This document shows positions 19,201 to 31,564 of a stretch of 64,000 nucleotides of DNA, piece after piece. Numbering within the stretch: the stretch's first letter is position 1; every line of letters starts with the position of its first letter. Source of the DNA: Shigella phage vB_SdyM_006; the sequence record MK295204; one strand, 5' to 3'. The notes under the pieces are model-generated. The model was not told the origin of the DNA and made no database searches. It was given only the letters and a program-made list of their open reading frames with translations. Position numbers and translations under genes: made by a program.

Positions 19201-19341
19201 CCTTTATTTGACCAATCTGGATTAACTTATTCTATATTCAGAGATATGACTACGTTGCTTATTCAAAGAGATAAATATAGATATAAAGATAATATTAATA
19301 ATCCAAGAGACCCTGAAAATCCTACACAGGAGAAAGTATAA
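16234..19341 (+). CDS. 7: baseplate wedge protein gp7
   Basis: 1035 aa (T4 gp7 1032 aa), synteny between 6 and 8. Confidence 0.75.
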   Translation: MKAPKVTSLRIIKLSANQVHVKWDPVGSNFYYFVELAETRNNGTQVPLDKLQWQSLNYSSDNDRFISIGITPNTHYMIRVSVRAKGFEQSDWAYTEEFLTFKTNAYSFDHMKEFTLSEKFISEKFINNNVNYVNFNTDQLLASLMSEDFQFTAKYSDVSQVSNKILKEANFHEIQGTPEGITRVCSDINRVMPAEMDGVLYLFERFQNVVKVSNDKGQTWKYYKALDDRVGNPVSKTCIYQSDTTSYVLGYDRVFYGRRSSDVRWSDDQHRFSETDLTFAKIGDTLNLGFDVEVFGTLSFLPGNVTRFAEAIAASNGFLYIAGKNNLRFLDLQNAKVDMDEGSISYGKKMFDEKTIKITSNENIVVKKMDILNGELYVLVTGEVKKYFDDPTNPKNVIDSKDKGVYKLVDGSFVRVFGNNKEELRKIEHEYTNMSTDGKELFISYANFKYTEYTKDDNLENGIKYIKTESGLSDKHYHMGSIRTSDGDNWKAYYMSYYAEPWFTWMNRTKTRVWINNDNRPVVIYPSKTYTKIIDTVGPTGEDRVVKEVWDKGHGTFYCKNVFFEGFKQYSGGVLIHKSSGEIVGYYEYNYRVRDNAQIIWIPKLICLEATLQNQVHPEIWEPKHNEGEKDPDLRPLLNTMIPDSYLLQNSNFEKFCEYYLQFLSDGKNTHYNKLLNLIRNKYPRETDSVEYLWSEINKRNIYLDKEKRDQVIRFFESRKSDFYSTKGTEASYKFLFKLLYNEDVEIEIESNSGLEYDIVVYSDNINEDIVGRTIYTPTGRCNVTYIEREYSEGKLQWRMTIHNMIGRFLVGQNVLGERSDFKGQIIQGIKGKEILSNKEDLANRSRSYYVMKIKSKLPTSRYSSDVLRFVHPVGFGFIGITLLTMFINSGLSLKHSETIINKLITYRYDSGYPLVWPDRVAILKNDIIERDPVTGDALYTLHPKAGEDFDIPDDYDKNEGFIGPEKPYTNMAEYLKNVPPSKRRNHYSPLFDQSGLTYSIFRDMTTLLIQRDKYRYKDNINNPRDPENPTQEKV

Positions 19342-20348
19342 TGGATTCAGTAGAATTATATAGATCGGTTGTTACATCAAAGTTTAGAACCGGTAAATTA
19401 TTAAGTTTTTATGATGCAATAGGTGATTCAGAGGCCAAAACTACAATTTATGTTGGTTTTGGCCGACAGGAACCTTGGGCTGATAACGAAAAAGATATTG
19501 GATTCGCTCCACCTTATCCAATAGATGATGTATCAGGTGTTTCTGATATGTGGACACATATGATAGGTTTAATGAAGGTTGATAAAAGTTTAGTTGACGC
19601 TTTAATTCCTAGACGTGATTGGGGAGATTCAAGATATCCTAACCCAAGAACATTTAATATTGGTGATATTGTAGTTACAAATAGTGCGCCATATAATCAG
19701 ACTGATATAGGCGATGGGTGGAAAGTTTACCGAGTTATTGATATCCCAAAAACTGGTGTGTGTTCGATAAGCAATATTAAAGATAAAGAAGAATGCATTA
19801 AATTAGGTGGAACTTGGACACCATCTTACGAATCTGTGTTTCCACCAAAAGGACGTGGTGATGCTGAAAAAGGTGGATTAGTGGATATGGAAGATGGATA
19901 TCTATGGGAATATCTTTATACTATTCCACCTGATGTATCTATTAATAGATGTACAAACGAATATATTGTTGTTCCAACTCCAGATGAATTAGGACAAGAC
20001 CTAGAGCGCTGGGGATATGAAGACAATTTATCGTGGCAACAAAACGATAATAATCTTGTTTACAGACTTAAAGTTGTCACATTACGTTTTAGAGCGTTTA
20101 TGGATTCTGTATATTTTCCAGAAGCTTCATGGCCAGGGAATAATGGGTTCAGACAAATATGTGTTGTTATTAATCCATTAGAAAAGAAACAATTTCCAAA
20201 TGATAAAAATGTTAAAGCAACTAAAAACTATTATCGAGTATCTCAAGTAGAACGACACTCAGGTGAAATGATTTATTTAGAAAACAGGCCTCCTATAACA
20301 AGGTCAATAGATCAAACAGAACTTATTGATTTAGTTTTCAGTTTTTAA
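19341..20348 (+). CDS. 8: baseplate wedge protein gp8
   Basis: 335 aa (T4 334 aa), synteny. Confidence 0.75.
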   Translation: MDSVELYRSVVTSKFRTGKLLSFYDAIGDSEAKTTIYVGFGRQEPWADNEKDIGFAPPYPIDDVSGVSDMWTHMIGLMKVDKSLVDALIPRRDWGDSRYPNPRTFNIGDIVVTNSAPYNQTDIGDGWKVYRVIDIPKTGVCSISNIKDKEECIKLGGTWTPSYESVFPPKGRGDAEKGGLVDMEDGYLWEYLYTIPPDVSINRCTNEYIVVPTPDELGQDLERWGYEDNLSWQQNDNNLVYRLKVVTLRFRAFMDSVYFPEASWPGNNGFRQICVVINPLEKKQFPNDKNVKATKNYYRVSQVERHSGEMIYLENRPPITRSIDQTELIDLVFSF

Positions 20349-20350
20349 AT

Positions 20351-20375
20351 TAGGAGACTTCGGTCTCCTTTTTTG
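20351..20375 (+). terminator. intrinsic terminator (GGAGAC-TTCG-GTCTCC followed by T-run)
   Basis: Hairpin plus TTTTTT directly after gene 8 stop. Confidence 0.6.
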
Positions 20376-20383
20376 TATAAATA
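20376..20383 (+). promoter_or_regulatory. T4-type late promoter TATAAATA (gene 9)
   Basis: Exact TATAAATA 24 nt upstream of gene 9 ATG. Confidence 0.6.
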
Positions 20384-20406
20384 AGGATATATAACGAGGA
20401 CTCAAT

Positions 20407-21258
20407 ATGCAAGAATTCAAAACACTTATTGACACCGGTATTAAAGGAAATTCTTCAACTGGGGATATTTTATACGACGGTGGCGAAAAACTAAATATCA
20501 ATATGAACAATATCTATAATACTTTTGGTGATTATAGATTATTTGATGAAACACTTCAAGGCCAAGGAAAACAGAAACTTCATGCCACTGGGTATTACCA
20601 AAAACATACAAGAATGTATTATTTAGATACTCCTGAAGGCATAGAAATGGGTTCACTTCATGATGTTGATACAAGTTCAGGTAAATTAGATATTAAACTT
20701 CCAGCTGCTAAATTGGGCGAAGGAATTGTCATTATCAATAGTAATGGGTCTTTAAGTAAAGACACCCCTGTAATATTATCTGCTTTTGGTTCTGATACTA
20801 TTTTAGGTCATGGTGCAAGATTATCACTTGAAATGCCTAAAACAAAAACTACACTATGGTGCACACGTCAAGACCAAGGTATTGGTGTATGGGAATACAG
20901 AATAGAATCTATGTTTGGCAATCATCAACTTGCTGTAGATTCTGACTTATTACTAGATACATCCGAAAAAACCATAGAACTTGGAAACGTTGACCACTAC
21001 AATACAATAAAACTACTTCTACATGGTGTATCTCAAAACCAAAAGTCGTTTAAAAGCTCAGAAATGTTGATATCTATTTTACATTCTTCAGGCGAAGTTT
21101 ATAAAACAGAATACGCAGTTTTAAAAAATAATGGAGATTTGTTTTCAATAGATTTTGTTATAGATTCTGGAATTTTAAAGGCTAAAGTAAAATCATTATC
21201 AGGAAACGTAGCTTTTTCTATTAAATCTATTGGAACTATTAAGGTAGGAGCCGTATGA
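20407..21258 (+). CDS. 9: baseplate wedge / long tail fibre socket protein gp9
   Basis: 283 aa (T4 288 aa), synteny. Confidence 0.7.
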   Translation: MQEFKTLIDTGIKGNSSTGDILYDGGEKLNINMNNIYNTFGDYRLFDETLQGQGKQKLHATGYYQKHTRMYYLDTPEGIEMGSLHDVDTSSGKLDIKLPAAKLGEGIVIINSNGSLSKDTPVILSAFGSDTILGHGARLSLEMPKTKTTLWCTRQDQGIGVWEYRIESMFGNHQLAVDSDLLLDTSEKTIELGNVDHYNTIKLLLHGVSQNQKSFKSSEMLISILHSSGEVYKTEYAVLKNNGDLFSIDFVIDSGILKAKVKSLSGNVAFSIKSIGTIKVGAV

Positions 21259-22991
21259 TACAAGTAATTAATATTGGTAATACTGTCGATGACGGGACTG
21301 GCGACTATTTACGTAAAGGTGGCCAAAAAACAAACGCAAACTTTAAAGAAATATATCATGAATTAGGCGATGATAAAATCCTACATTCTGCCGGAGCATG
21401 GAAAACATTTACTGCCAAATCTGGTGCTTTAACACCGTCTTTTGGACAATCTTTGGCTCTAAATACATTAGAAGGCCCAATAAACATAACTTTACCTAAA
21501 GGAACTGCATCTGATTATAATAAAGTTATTAGAATTAGAGATGTGTGGAATTCTTGGGAAAAGTCTCCTGTTAACGTGATTGCATCTAAAGGCGATACAA
21601 TAAAAGGTTCTTCGGGTTCTAAGAAATTTGACAAGAACTTAATGGACTTAGAATTAGTATATTGTGCTCCTGGGCGTTGGGAATATGTAGAAAATAAACG
21701 TGTTGATAGATTAACAAATCCTAATATGTCAACTGTTATTAAAAGAAGTATTATTGCTAAGCAAGGTCAAAAAGATTTTTTAGATATTTTCAATGGCAAT
21801 TTATATAATACACGTAATTTTGATGTTTATCGTCGTGGTAACATTTTGTACTATGGTGATAATTCATTTGATAAAGCAAATGCTGATTACGGATCTCCAG
21901 ACGGAGCTTCTAATATTAAAGCACTTGATGGCAAAAATGTTAGATTAAAAGATGCGTGTGAAGCAGGTGACGTAATTACTTTTATTTCGTTTTTAGACGG
22001 AATTGATTCCTGGAAAAGTTCTTATAATAGAAAAATTGTGGCTTTAGTTGATAAGGCTTTAAGTTCAGAAAAAACAATCCCAGGTCGATTAATATCGGTC
22101 GATTTTACAAAATGGCCACTTGAGATATCAATGAATGATTTTGGGTTCTTTGACGGTGAATCTGCGAATCCATATGCATTAGAAGTTCTTGTGAATGGTG
22201 TTCAGTATACTCAATTAAACGATGCAAACACTGCGACAATGACCGGTGATTATGAATTTAAAATGGTTAACGGTAAAATAGAATCTATTGTCTTCCATAC
22301 AAGATTGGCTCATAATGATAATATTGTTCTACGCTGGTTCAATAATGACATAGGAACAACTCTTCCTATTGAAGAAATAACAGCTATAACAGACCAAATG
22401 TACGTTGCTTCAGAAACTGTAAGGGTTTCAAATAGAATAGCGTATACTGATACTGATAATCCTTCTCAGAAAACTAAAATTTCTATTGATGACGATGGCG
22501 ATTATAAAGTAAATAATGTGTCTAAAATGTTTGACTTATTTTATCCTATTGGGACAATTTATGAAAATGCTCATAATGCAGCGAATCCGGCTACATATAT
22601 GGGTATAGGAACATGGGTAAGATATGCAGAAGGTATGACAACGGTTGGTTGGAACTCTGATTCAAATGATAAAAATTTCCATTATAATAATTCGGATTTA
22701 AATGCCCAAGGTATTCCATCTAAAACAGCTGGTGGTAAAGTTGGTAAAGCATTTATTGCTTTAGAAAAAGCAAATCTTCCTGGAACCGAAACTAATGAAG
22801 AAGTTCTTATTAAAGACAAGAATGGGACTATTATTATTGGTGGGTGTCAATTTGACCCTGATGATGAAGGTCCTGGATATGATAAGTATAGAGAAGATAA
22901 AGCAACAATTGGGGTTAAATCAGATTATGGACGAGAATTTAGTTTAATTCAACCGTCTATTACTACGTATAAATGGATAAGGGTAGCATAA
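21255..22991 (+). CDS. 10: baseplate wedge / short tail fibre attachment protein gp10
   Basis: 578 aa (T4 602 aa), synteny. Confidence 0.7.
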   Translation: MIQVINIGNTVDDGTGDYLRKGGQKTNANFKEIYHELGDDKILHSAGAWKTFTAKSGALTPSFGQSLALNTLEGPINITLPKGTASDYNKVIRIRDVWNSWEKSPVNVIASKGDTIKGSSGSKKFDKNLMDLELVYCAPGRWEYVENKRVDRLTNPNMSTVIKRSIIAKQGQKDFLDIFNGNLYNTRNFDVYRRGNILYYGDNSFDKANADYGSPDGASNIKALDGKNVRLKDACEAGDVITFISFLDGIDSWKSSYNRKIVALVDKALSSEKTIPGRLISVDFTKWPLEISMNDFGFFDGESANPYALEVLVNGVQYTQLNDANTATMTGDYEFKMVNGKIESIVFHTRLAHNDNIVLRWFNNDIGTTLPIEEITAITDQMYVASETVRVSNRIAYTDTDNPSQKTKISIDDDGDYKVNNVSKMFDLFYPIGTIYENAHNAANPATYMGIGTWVRYAEGMTTVGWNSDSNDKNFHYNNSDLNAQGIPSKTAGGKVGKAFIALEKANLPGTETNEEVLIKDKNGTIIIGGCQFDPDDEGPGYDKYREDKATIGVKSDYGREFSLIQPSITTYKWIRVA

Positions 22992-23611
22992 TGAAGAACA
23001 ATAACGTATCACATTCGTCTCCTAATTCTAGTGAAATATATTATGAAGTTCATAATGATACATTAGCAGGTAATAGGGTTCCACTAGGAACCCAAGATAC
23101 AAGACAGTCAAGTTTAAACACATACCAACCTAATGTGCAGGCTGCTATAGACGATCTTAAGGGATCGTTTTTACCTTTAAACACATTAATCTATAACTCT
23201 GATGGAGAAAACCCACAGGGAGCTTCTCAAGTGGATTTTATAGATTTTAGTGGGACCGTTGAAGGAACTGGACCTACTATTGTCCAAGTTTTTGGCCTGC
23301 CCGTAACAGTTAATGGTGGTGATACCGCATCTGAAGTTACAGCAGCGTTCGAAAAACTTGCACAAGACTTGGTTTCTAAAAATCAGTATTTTTCTTTTGT
23401 ACAAAAAGAAACTGAGACTAGACTGACAATCAAATATATCGATTATAGAGACCATGATGCTATAAATATGTATAGTAATGGTATTAATGTATCAACAGAA
23501 CTTCAATCTCCAGCTAAATATGGATATGGGACTTGGGTTAAATTAGGTGTTAAAAATGAAACCTTAGGAGATACAGAATTACCAGTCCATATATTCAAAA
23601 GGATAGCATGA
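22991..23611 (+). CDS. 11: baseplate wedge protein gp11
   Basis: Synteny, ~206 aa; start set at the ATG overlapping the gp10 stop (track ORF begins 22973 inside gene 10). Confidence 0.65.
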   Translation: MKNNNVSHSSPNSSEIYYEVHNDTLAGNRVPLGTQDTRQSSLNTYQPNVQAAIDDLKGSFLPLNTLIYNSDGENPQGASQVDFIDFSGTVEGTGPTIVQVFGLPVTVNGGDTASEVTAAFEKLAQDLVSKNQYFSFVQKETETRLTIKYIDYRDHDAINMYSNGINVSTELQSPAKYGYGTWVKLGVKNETLGDTELPVHIFKRIA

Positions 23612-24954
23612 TGCAAAATACATATAAACATATAAGTGACAGTTCGTCTTTTGTCACTTTTAATCCAGCCAATACACAGTGGGACCAATCTATTAAAGAT
23701 GTCCAGACTGCTTTATCAAAAATTGGTTCATGGGCTATGATAGGTAAAGGATTACCTATCTCAACAGAAACATTAAACGGGATAATTAGAACTGCAACTC
23801 GTGATGAAGTTCTAAAAGGTTTAGGTTCAGGAGCGGTGACACCTAAATATTTAGAAGAACGTCTAGCTCATCCTCAAGCAACAGAATCCGTTTTAGGATT
23901 AACTAAATATGCTAATAATTCTGAAACACTAGCTGGGTCCATTAATAATAAGGCTGTTGTTCCTACTGGATTAAAACATACATTAGATTCTAGAACTTCT
24001 ACTGAAGGAAGAACTGGGTTAATTAAGATATCTTCTTTAGCCGCAGCGGCACAAGGTATTGATGACACAACGGCTATGACTCCTAAAAAAGTCAAACATG
24101 CTATAAACCAATTATCCCCGTCTTATGGTGTTGCAACAGAAAAAAATAGTGGGACCGTTAATATTGCGTCTATAGGGCAAGTTGCCCAAGGTCAAGCACA
24201 TGACGGTATTGCAGTTTCTCCTAAAGGTTTTATTTCAACTAGGGCCACAGAAACACAAGTTGGTACAACTAAAATAGCTAATGTTGCTCAAACTAAAGCC
24301 ATGACTGATGGGACTGTTGTTATTTCCCCTAAAAATTTGGCTCAACTTAAAGCATCAGATTCTGAATTTGGATTAGTTAAAACCACAACAACTATAGGCA
24401 ATTCTGGTGCCAATCTTGCACTAAGTCCTATGGCTCCAGTTGTCCCTAATACAAGAACCGTAAACAATAAGCCTTTAACAGGCAATATTGTTTTAAGCGC
24501 TGATGACGTAGGTGCATACTCTAAATCACAAGTATGGACTAAAACAGAATCCGATGCAAGGTATATGCCTAAAACAGATATTCCAAAACAGTCATTTTAT
24601 ACTTATTTTGATGCATGGGATTTAGGTGGTAAATATCCGATTGGGCGTGGCGGTTATTGGGCAGATATAGGCCAAACTAGATTACCATTTGGTGAATATA
24701 CACGACTACAATTTAATCTGACATTAAAAAATACATCAGATCTTAGACCGTTTGTGTTAAGAATATGGCAAAATGGAACATTAATAAAAGAACATTCTAG
24801 ATTTATAGGTTACCCAAACAATTATGATTTTACAGATAGATTATTAATTAATGGCAAATTTAAAGCTGGGGATATTATTAGGGCAGAAGCCACAGCCAAT
24901 GGTGGTCCTAATTACAGATATAATTTAAGTACATGGTACCTATTATTCACATAA
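23608..24954 (+). CDS. 12: short tail fibre protein gp12
   Basis: N-terminus MMQNTYKHISDSS.FVTF resembles T4 gp12 MSNNTYQHVSNES.YVKF; synteny. Confidence 0.8.
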   Translation: MMQNTYKHISDSSSFVTFNPANTQWDQSIKDVQTALSKIGSWAMIGKGLPISTETLNGIIRTATRDEVLKGLGSGAVTPKYLEERLAHPQATESVLGLTKYANNSETLAGSINNKAVVPTGLKHTLDSRTSTEGRTGLIKISSLAAAAQGIDDTTAMTPKKVKHAINQLSPSYGVATEKNSGTVNIASIGQVAQGQAHDGIAVSPKGFISTRATETQVGTTKIANVAQTKAMTDGTVVISPKNLAQLKASDSEFGLVKTTTTIGNSGANLALSPMAPVVPNTRTVNNKPLTGNIVLSADDVGAYSKSQVWTKTESDARYMPKTDIPKQSFYTYFDAWDLGGKYPIGRGGYWADIGQTRLPFGEYTRLQFNLTLKNTSDLRPFVLRIWQNGTLIKEHSRFIGYPNNYDFTDRLLINGKFKAGDIIRAEATANGGPNYRYNLSTWYLLFT

Positions 24955-24963
24955 GGAAATATA

Positions 24964-26700
24964 ATGGATAAAATAGAATTACTTCCACTGCCATTTGTTG
25001 ATGGCCCAATTAAAGACCAAACACAGATAGAATGGATTTTAAATAAAAAAGAATGTTTAACCGGAGCATCTAAATACGGTAAATCGGACGGGGTCCTTAA
25101 TAGGGTCCCAGCACAATTATATGAAAATATCAAAACGCTTGAAGAAAATGACTCATTATTACATGGGCAAGTAAATGAATTGATTGATTCTGTAGATACT
25201 ATTAATGAATCATTAGAAATTGGTAACAATAAAGATTTAATAAAAACAATTATTGAAACCAAAGAACGAGCTGATATATTTGAAAGCGTTATACAAAGCA
25301 ATTCTGATGACATTTTTAGCTTAGACGAAGATATTGTAGATCTGAAGGGAGAAGTTGGTATTCATAATCCTATTGATACTGTAAAAAGAACACTTCGTGA
25401 TGACACATTATGGATTAAACGTGAAATGGGTTCTTATCCAGGCCAAGACATTAATGGACAGTCTTCTCAAGAATCTTTAGGAAGCGGTATGAAAAGACGT
25501 ATTATCGATACTGCAACACAAACAGTTGATAATACTAAAAGAATATCTGCGTTAGAAAAAACATGGAGCGATTCTGATGTTGGTAGTTTAACTATTGAAG
25601 TTGGTAAATTAAGAACTGAACTTGGTAATTCTTCTGATCAAGAATATTTGTCTGTATATAAACGACTTTCTGTTATTGAAGATAACGTAGATAAAGGTAG
25701 TGAAGTCATTAGTGATATTATGACTAAAATAGGTTCTGGTAACATTTCTGAAGCTGTTAATGAAAATAGTTCAGAAATAACTAAACTTAATGAGGAAGTT
25801 CTAGGCACGTCTGGAGTAAAAACTAGAGTATCACGTATAGAAACTAAAATTGGAAATGACACTACACCGTTTACTATTCTTTATGATATAAGTAAAAACA
25901 CAGAAGGATTAAAAGATTTAAATACGACAGTCGGTGCTGACACAAGTTCAGGTCTTCGTGGACAAGTTGCATGGATTCAAACACAAGTTGGCCTTGGAGA
26001 CGAACCACCTGCTCCAGGAACGGTTTTGTCTAAAATAGACTTGTTAACAAATAGCACTAATGAACTTAGTATAGATGTCCAAAATCTCCAATCTGAAGTA
26101 GGTAATAATAAAACTGGTATTAAGGGAACCGTTATTCAATTAGTTAAGGCTATTGAAGGAACTGATCCTGAAGGCACAACGGTTAAAGAAATAGGAATTC
26201 AAAAAGCTACTGAAGATATGTATGAAGTTTATGACAAAGGCATGCCTTTACCTCCAGAAGATGGTAAAGCTTATATATGCCGTTATAAAACTTGGTATGC
26301 TATTCCTACTTCTCTTGGTGTGTTTACAGCAAATTATAATAAAACTGTTGAAGAAGGTCTTAATGATGTTGCAATAACTGATACAGTGATAACTAAGCTA
26401 TGTGAACTCACTGATGGCAAAATCTCTATATTTGATACAGGATATTATGAGATAGATTTTGAATCACTTATCCCTAAAGAGTTTTCCGAAAGAAAAATTA
26501 AATTTAGTTTATTTAAAAATGAAGAAGCTTTTTTTGAAACAAGCGATTTAATTTCTACTAATAATTCTAATGTGTTTAAAGAATCAACTATAGTAGAAAT
26601 AGCGGAAAACGATAATATTTCTATTAAAGTAGAATCACTTGATTCAGATTTTTCTGAAATAACGTTTGGAATTAAAATACAAGTAAAACCACTTATATAA
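24964..26700 (+). CDS. wac: fibritin (whisker antigen control, wac) with extended C-terminal domain
   Basis: N-terminal LPFVDGP and internal LWIKRE.G.Y.GQDINGQ and SDVGSLTIEVG.LR.ELG blocks match remembered T4 fibritin; 578 aa vs 487 aa in T4. Confidence 0.85.
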   Translation: MDKIELLPLPFVDGPIKDQTQIEWILNKKECLTGASKYGKSDGVLNRVPAQLYENIKTLEENDSLLHGQVNELIDSVDTINESLEIGNNKDLIKTIIETKERADIFESVIQSNSDDIFSLDEDIVDLKGEVGIHNPIDTVKRTLRDDTLWIKREMGSYPGQDINGQSSQESLGSGMKRRIIDTATQTVDNTKRISALEKTWSDSDVGSLTIEVGKLRTELGNSSDQEYLSVYKRLSVIEDNVDKGSEVISDIMTKIGSGNISEAVNENSSEITKLNEEVLGTSGVKTRVSRIETKIGNDTTPFTILYDISKNTEGLKDLNTTVGADTSSGLRGQVAWIQTQVGLGDEPPAPGTVLSKIDLLTNSTNELSIDVQNLQSEVGNNKTGIKGTVIQLVKAIEGTDPEGTTVKEIGIQKATEDMYEVYDKGMPLPPEDGKAYICRYKTWYAIPTSLGVFTANYNKTVEEGLNDVAITDTVITKLCELTDGKISIFDTGYYEIDFESLIPKEFSERKIKFSLFKNEEAFFETSDLISTNNSNVFKESTIVEIAENDNISIKVESLDSDFSEITFGIKIQVKPLI

Positions 26701-26703
26701 TTT

Positions 26704-26727
26704 AAGGACCTTCGGGTCCTTTTTTTG
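26704..26727 (+). terminator. intrinsic terminator (GGACC-TTCG-GGTCC followed by T7)
   Basis: Hairpin plus TTTTTTT after wac stop. Confidence 0.6.
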
Positions 26728-26736
26728 GAGTAAATT

Positions 26737-27663
26737 ATGGCTGGATATAACGCATATAATCCTAAAGAATTAAAAGATGTTATCTTAAGACGTTTAGGAG
26801 CACCAATTATTAACGTAGAAGTAACAGAAGATCAAATCTATGACTGTATTCAAAGGGCTTTAGAACTATACGGAGAATACCACTTTGATGGGCTTAATAA
26901 AACATACCAAACATTTTACGTTGGAGAAGACGAAACCTATACAAAAGGAGTTTTTGATTTACACCCATCGGTTTTTGCTGTTACACAAATAGTTCGAACT
27001 AATGTTGGTTCTATAACATCAATGGATGGCAATGCAACTTATCCCTGGTTTACAGATTTTTTAATGGGTATGGCTGGCATAAATGGTGGGATGGGTTCTT
27101 CTTGTAATAAATTTTATGGTCCTAATGCCTTTGGAGCAGACCTTGGATATTTTACACAGTTAATGCAATACAGAAGTATGATGCAAGACATGTTATCTCC
27201 ACTTCCAGATTATTGGCAAAACTCTGATACAAACCAATTAAAAGTCATGGGTAATTTTAAACCAGGCGATATTATTATATGTGAAGTTTATGTTAAATCG
27301 TATATCGATGTTCCTGATAATATGGGTGCAACATCTGGGTACGCTTGGGCTGGCGGTTGTGAAGATGAAGGAAGTGCTTCGGATATATATGATAATCCAT
27401 ATAAGAAGTTGACAGGATATACTGCTGGCGACGATTCACAAGTCCATCAAGGTTCATATAACAATAGATGGGTCAAAGATTATTCGACAACATTAGTTAA
27501 AGAATTAAATGGACAAATCTTAGCTAAACATCAAGGCATGCAATTAGCTGGTGGTGTTACCGTTGATGGTATTCGTTTAATAGAAGAAGCTAGAGAAGAA
27601 AAAAGACTTCTAAGAGAAGAACTAGAATTATTAGACGGGCCAGTTGGAATACTAATAGGATAA
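26737..27663 (+). CDS. 13: neck protein gp13
   Basis: 308 aa (T4 309 aa), synteny. Confidence 0.75.
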   Translation: MAGYNAYNPKELKDVILRRLGAPIINVEVTEDQIYDCIQRALELYGEYHFDGLNKTYQTFYVGEDETYTKGVFDLHPSVFAVTQIVRTNVGSITSMDGNATYPWFTDFLMGMAGINGGMGSSCNKFYGPNAFGADLGYFTQLMQYRSMMQDMLSPLPDYWQNSDTNQLKVMGNFKPGDIIICEVYVKSYIDVPDNMGATSGYAWAGGCEDEGSASDIYDNPYKKLTGYTAGDDSQVHQGSYNNRWVKDYSTTLVKELNGQILAKHQGMQLAGGVTVDGIRLIEEAREEKRLLREELELLDGPVGILIG

Positions 27664-27666
27664 ATT

Positions 27667-28410
27667 ATGTATGATAGTAGCTTATTTGCAAAATTAGAAA
27701 ATGATTCTGGTTATCATAAAACAAATGAGAGTCAGATACTGAACCCTTATGTCAATTTTATGAAGCACGGAAACACACAAGAATTAGCTGATGTTTTAGT
27801 TCAAGAAACAATACAAATGAGAGGTTTAGAATTATATTATATTCCTAGAGAATACGCTAATTTAGACCTTTTATTTGGAGAAGATCCAAATTCTAAATTT
27901 ACTAAAGCTTGGAAATTTGCAGCATATTTAGATTCATATGAAGGGTATTCCGGTGACAACTCTTTTATTTCGTCTTTTGGGTATCAAGTTAATGACCAAG
28001 TTAAATTCATTATAAATCCATCTTTGTTCAAGCATCAAGTTAATGGTAAAGAACCTATTGAAGGCGATTTAATTTATTTTCCTATGGACAATTCATTATT
28101 CGAAATAAATTGGGTCGAACCGTATACACCGTTTTATCAAGTTGGAAAAAATGCACAACGCCAAATCGTAGCAGAGAAATTCATTTATTCTGGTGAAGAA
28201 CTGAATCCTGAATTACAAAGAAATGAAGGAATAGAAATAGATGAGTTTAGTGTTTTAGACTTAGAACCAGTTAAAAACTTAGATGGCTTAGCTGACATTA
28301 CATCAGACGAATACTCAGAAGTTAAGCAGATTAATAGTGAAGCCAAAGAATTCGTTCAACCATATTATGTTGGGACTGGGCGAGGAACGCCGTTTGATGA
28401 CTTTGAATAA
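27667..28410 (+). CDS. 14: neck protein gp14
   Basis: 247 aa (T4 256 aa), synteny. Confidence 0.75.
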   Translation: MYDSSLFAKLENDSGYHKTNESQILNPYVNFMKHGNTQELADVLVQETIQMRGLELYYIPREYANLDLLFGEDPNSKFTKAWKFAAYLDSYEGYSGDNSFISSFGYQVNDQVKFIINPSLFKHQVNGKEPIEGDLIYFPMDNSLFEINWVEPYTPFYQVGKNAQRQIVAEKFIYSGEELNPELQRNEGIEIDEFSVLDLEPVKNLDGLADITSDEYSEVKQINSEAKEFVQPYYVGTGRGTPFDDFE

Positions 28411-28495
28411 ATAAGTATATAAACAAATTAAATGATGGGGGTGGGTTATTTTTGGACACTGGTACAATAGCTCGTTAAGAAGGTACATAGTATTA

Positions 28496-29281
28496 ATGGG
28501 AGATTTATTCTCTCATGTTTCTGTTGCCAGGATACGAGATGATAAAATAAAATATATAAGAGTTCCTATTACATATAAATCTAAAGAAAGATTTGTTCAA
28601 GTATTAAATAAATATACAAACCCTTCTAGTCAAGAAAATATTGCTAAAGTCGAAACAGTTTTACCACGAATGAATTTAAACCTTGTTGATATGATGTATA
28701 ATTCTGGGTATAAAACTTCTCAAGCTAATAGAACCATGTCTAGAGAAAATGGGTTAAGAACATATTCTCAATACGCGCCAACGGCTTTTAAGATGATATT
28801 TGAATTAGGAATATACACTAGAAATCAGGACGATATGTTTCAAATTGTTGAGCAGATTCTTCCTTATTTCCAGCCACATTTTAATACAACAATTACAGAA
28901 ATGCATACAAATCCTATTAAAAAATTTGATAGAGATATAAGAATAGCGTTCCAAAGTGTTGCTATTGATGAAACACCAGATGGTGATGTTAATACAAGAA
29001 GACATATAGAATGGTCTATTATGTTTGAAGTTAATGGATGGATTTATCCACCTGTTGCTGACATTAAAGGCGAAATTAAAACAGTATATGTTAATTTCTT
29101 TAATGAGAAAGTAGAACTTACTCCTGAAGGAGAATTTGAAGAATTCGAAGAATTTGAATCAGTAGATCACCAGGTAGTCCCAGATGACGTTCAGGAAGCG
29201 GATTGGGATGGAGAAAGTGTTACTACATATTCTAGAAATAAGCCTATTCCTGTTGATCCTGATAAGCCTAAACCGAGGTAA
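28496..29281 (+). CDS. 15: tail sheath stabiliser / tail terminator gp15 (coordinates from first ATG; conserved N-terminal codons lie upstream from about 28448)
   Basis: MGDLFS...IRVPITY.SKE.F matches T4 gp15; the in-frame upstream codons ...IFGHWYNSSLRRYIVL match the T4 gp15 N-terminus (MFGYFYNSSFRRYATL) but contain no ATG. Confidence 0.85.
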   Translation: MGDLFSHVSVARIRDDKIKYIRVPITYKSKERFVQVLNKYTNPSSQENIAKVETVLPRMNLNLVDMMYNSGYKTSQANRTMSRENGLRTYSQYAPTAFKMIFELGIYTRNQDDMFQIVEQILPYFQPHFNTTITEMHTNPIKKFDRDIRIAFQSVAIDETPDGDVNTRRHIEWSIMFEVNGWIYPPVADIKGEIKTVYVNFFNEKVELTPEGEFEEFEEFESVDHQVVPDDVQEADWDGESVTTYSRNKPIPVDPDKPKPR

Positions 29282-29283
29282 TT

Positions 29284-31534
<2,251 letters not shown>

Positions 31535-31564
31535 TAAATACTATAAACAAATGAGGATAAATCA

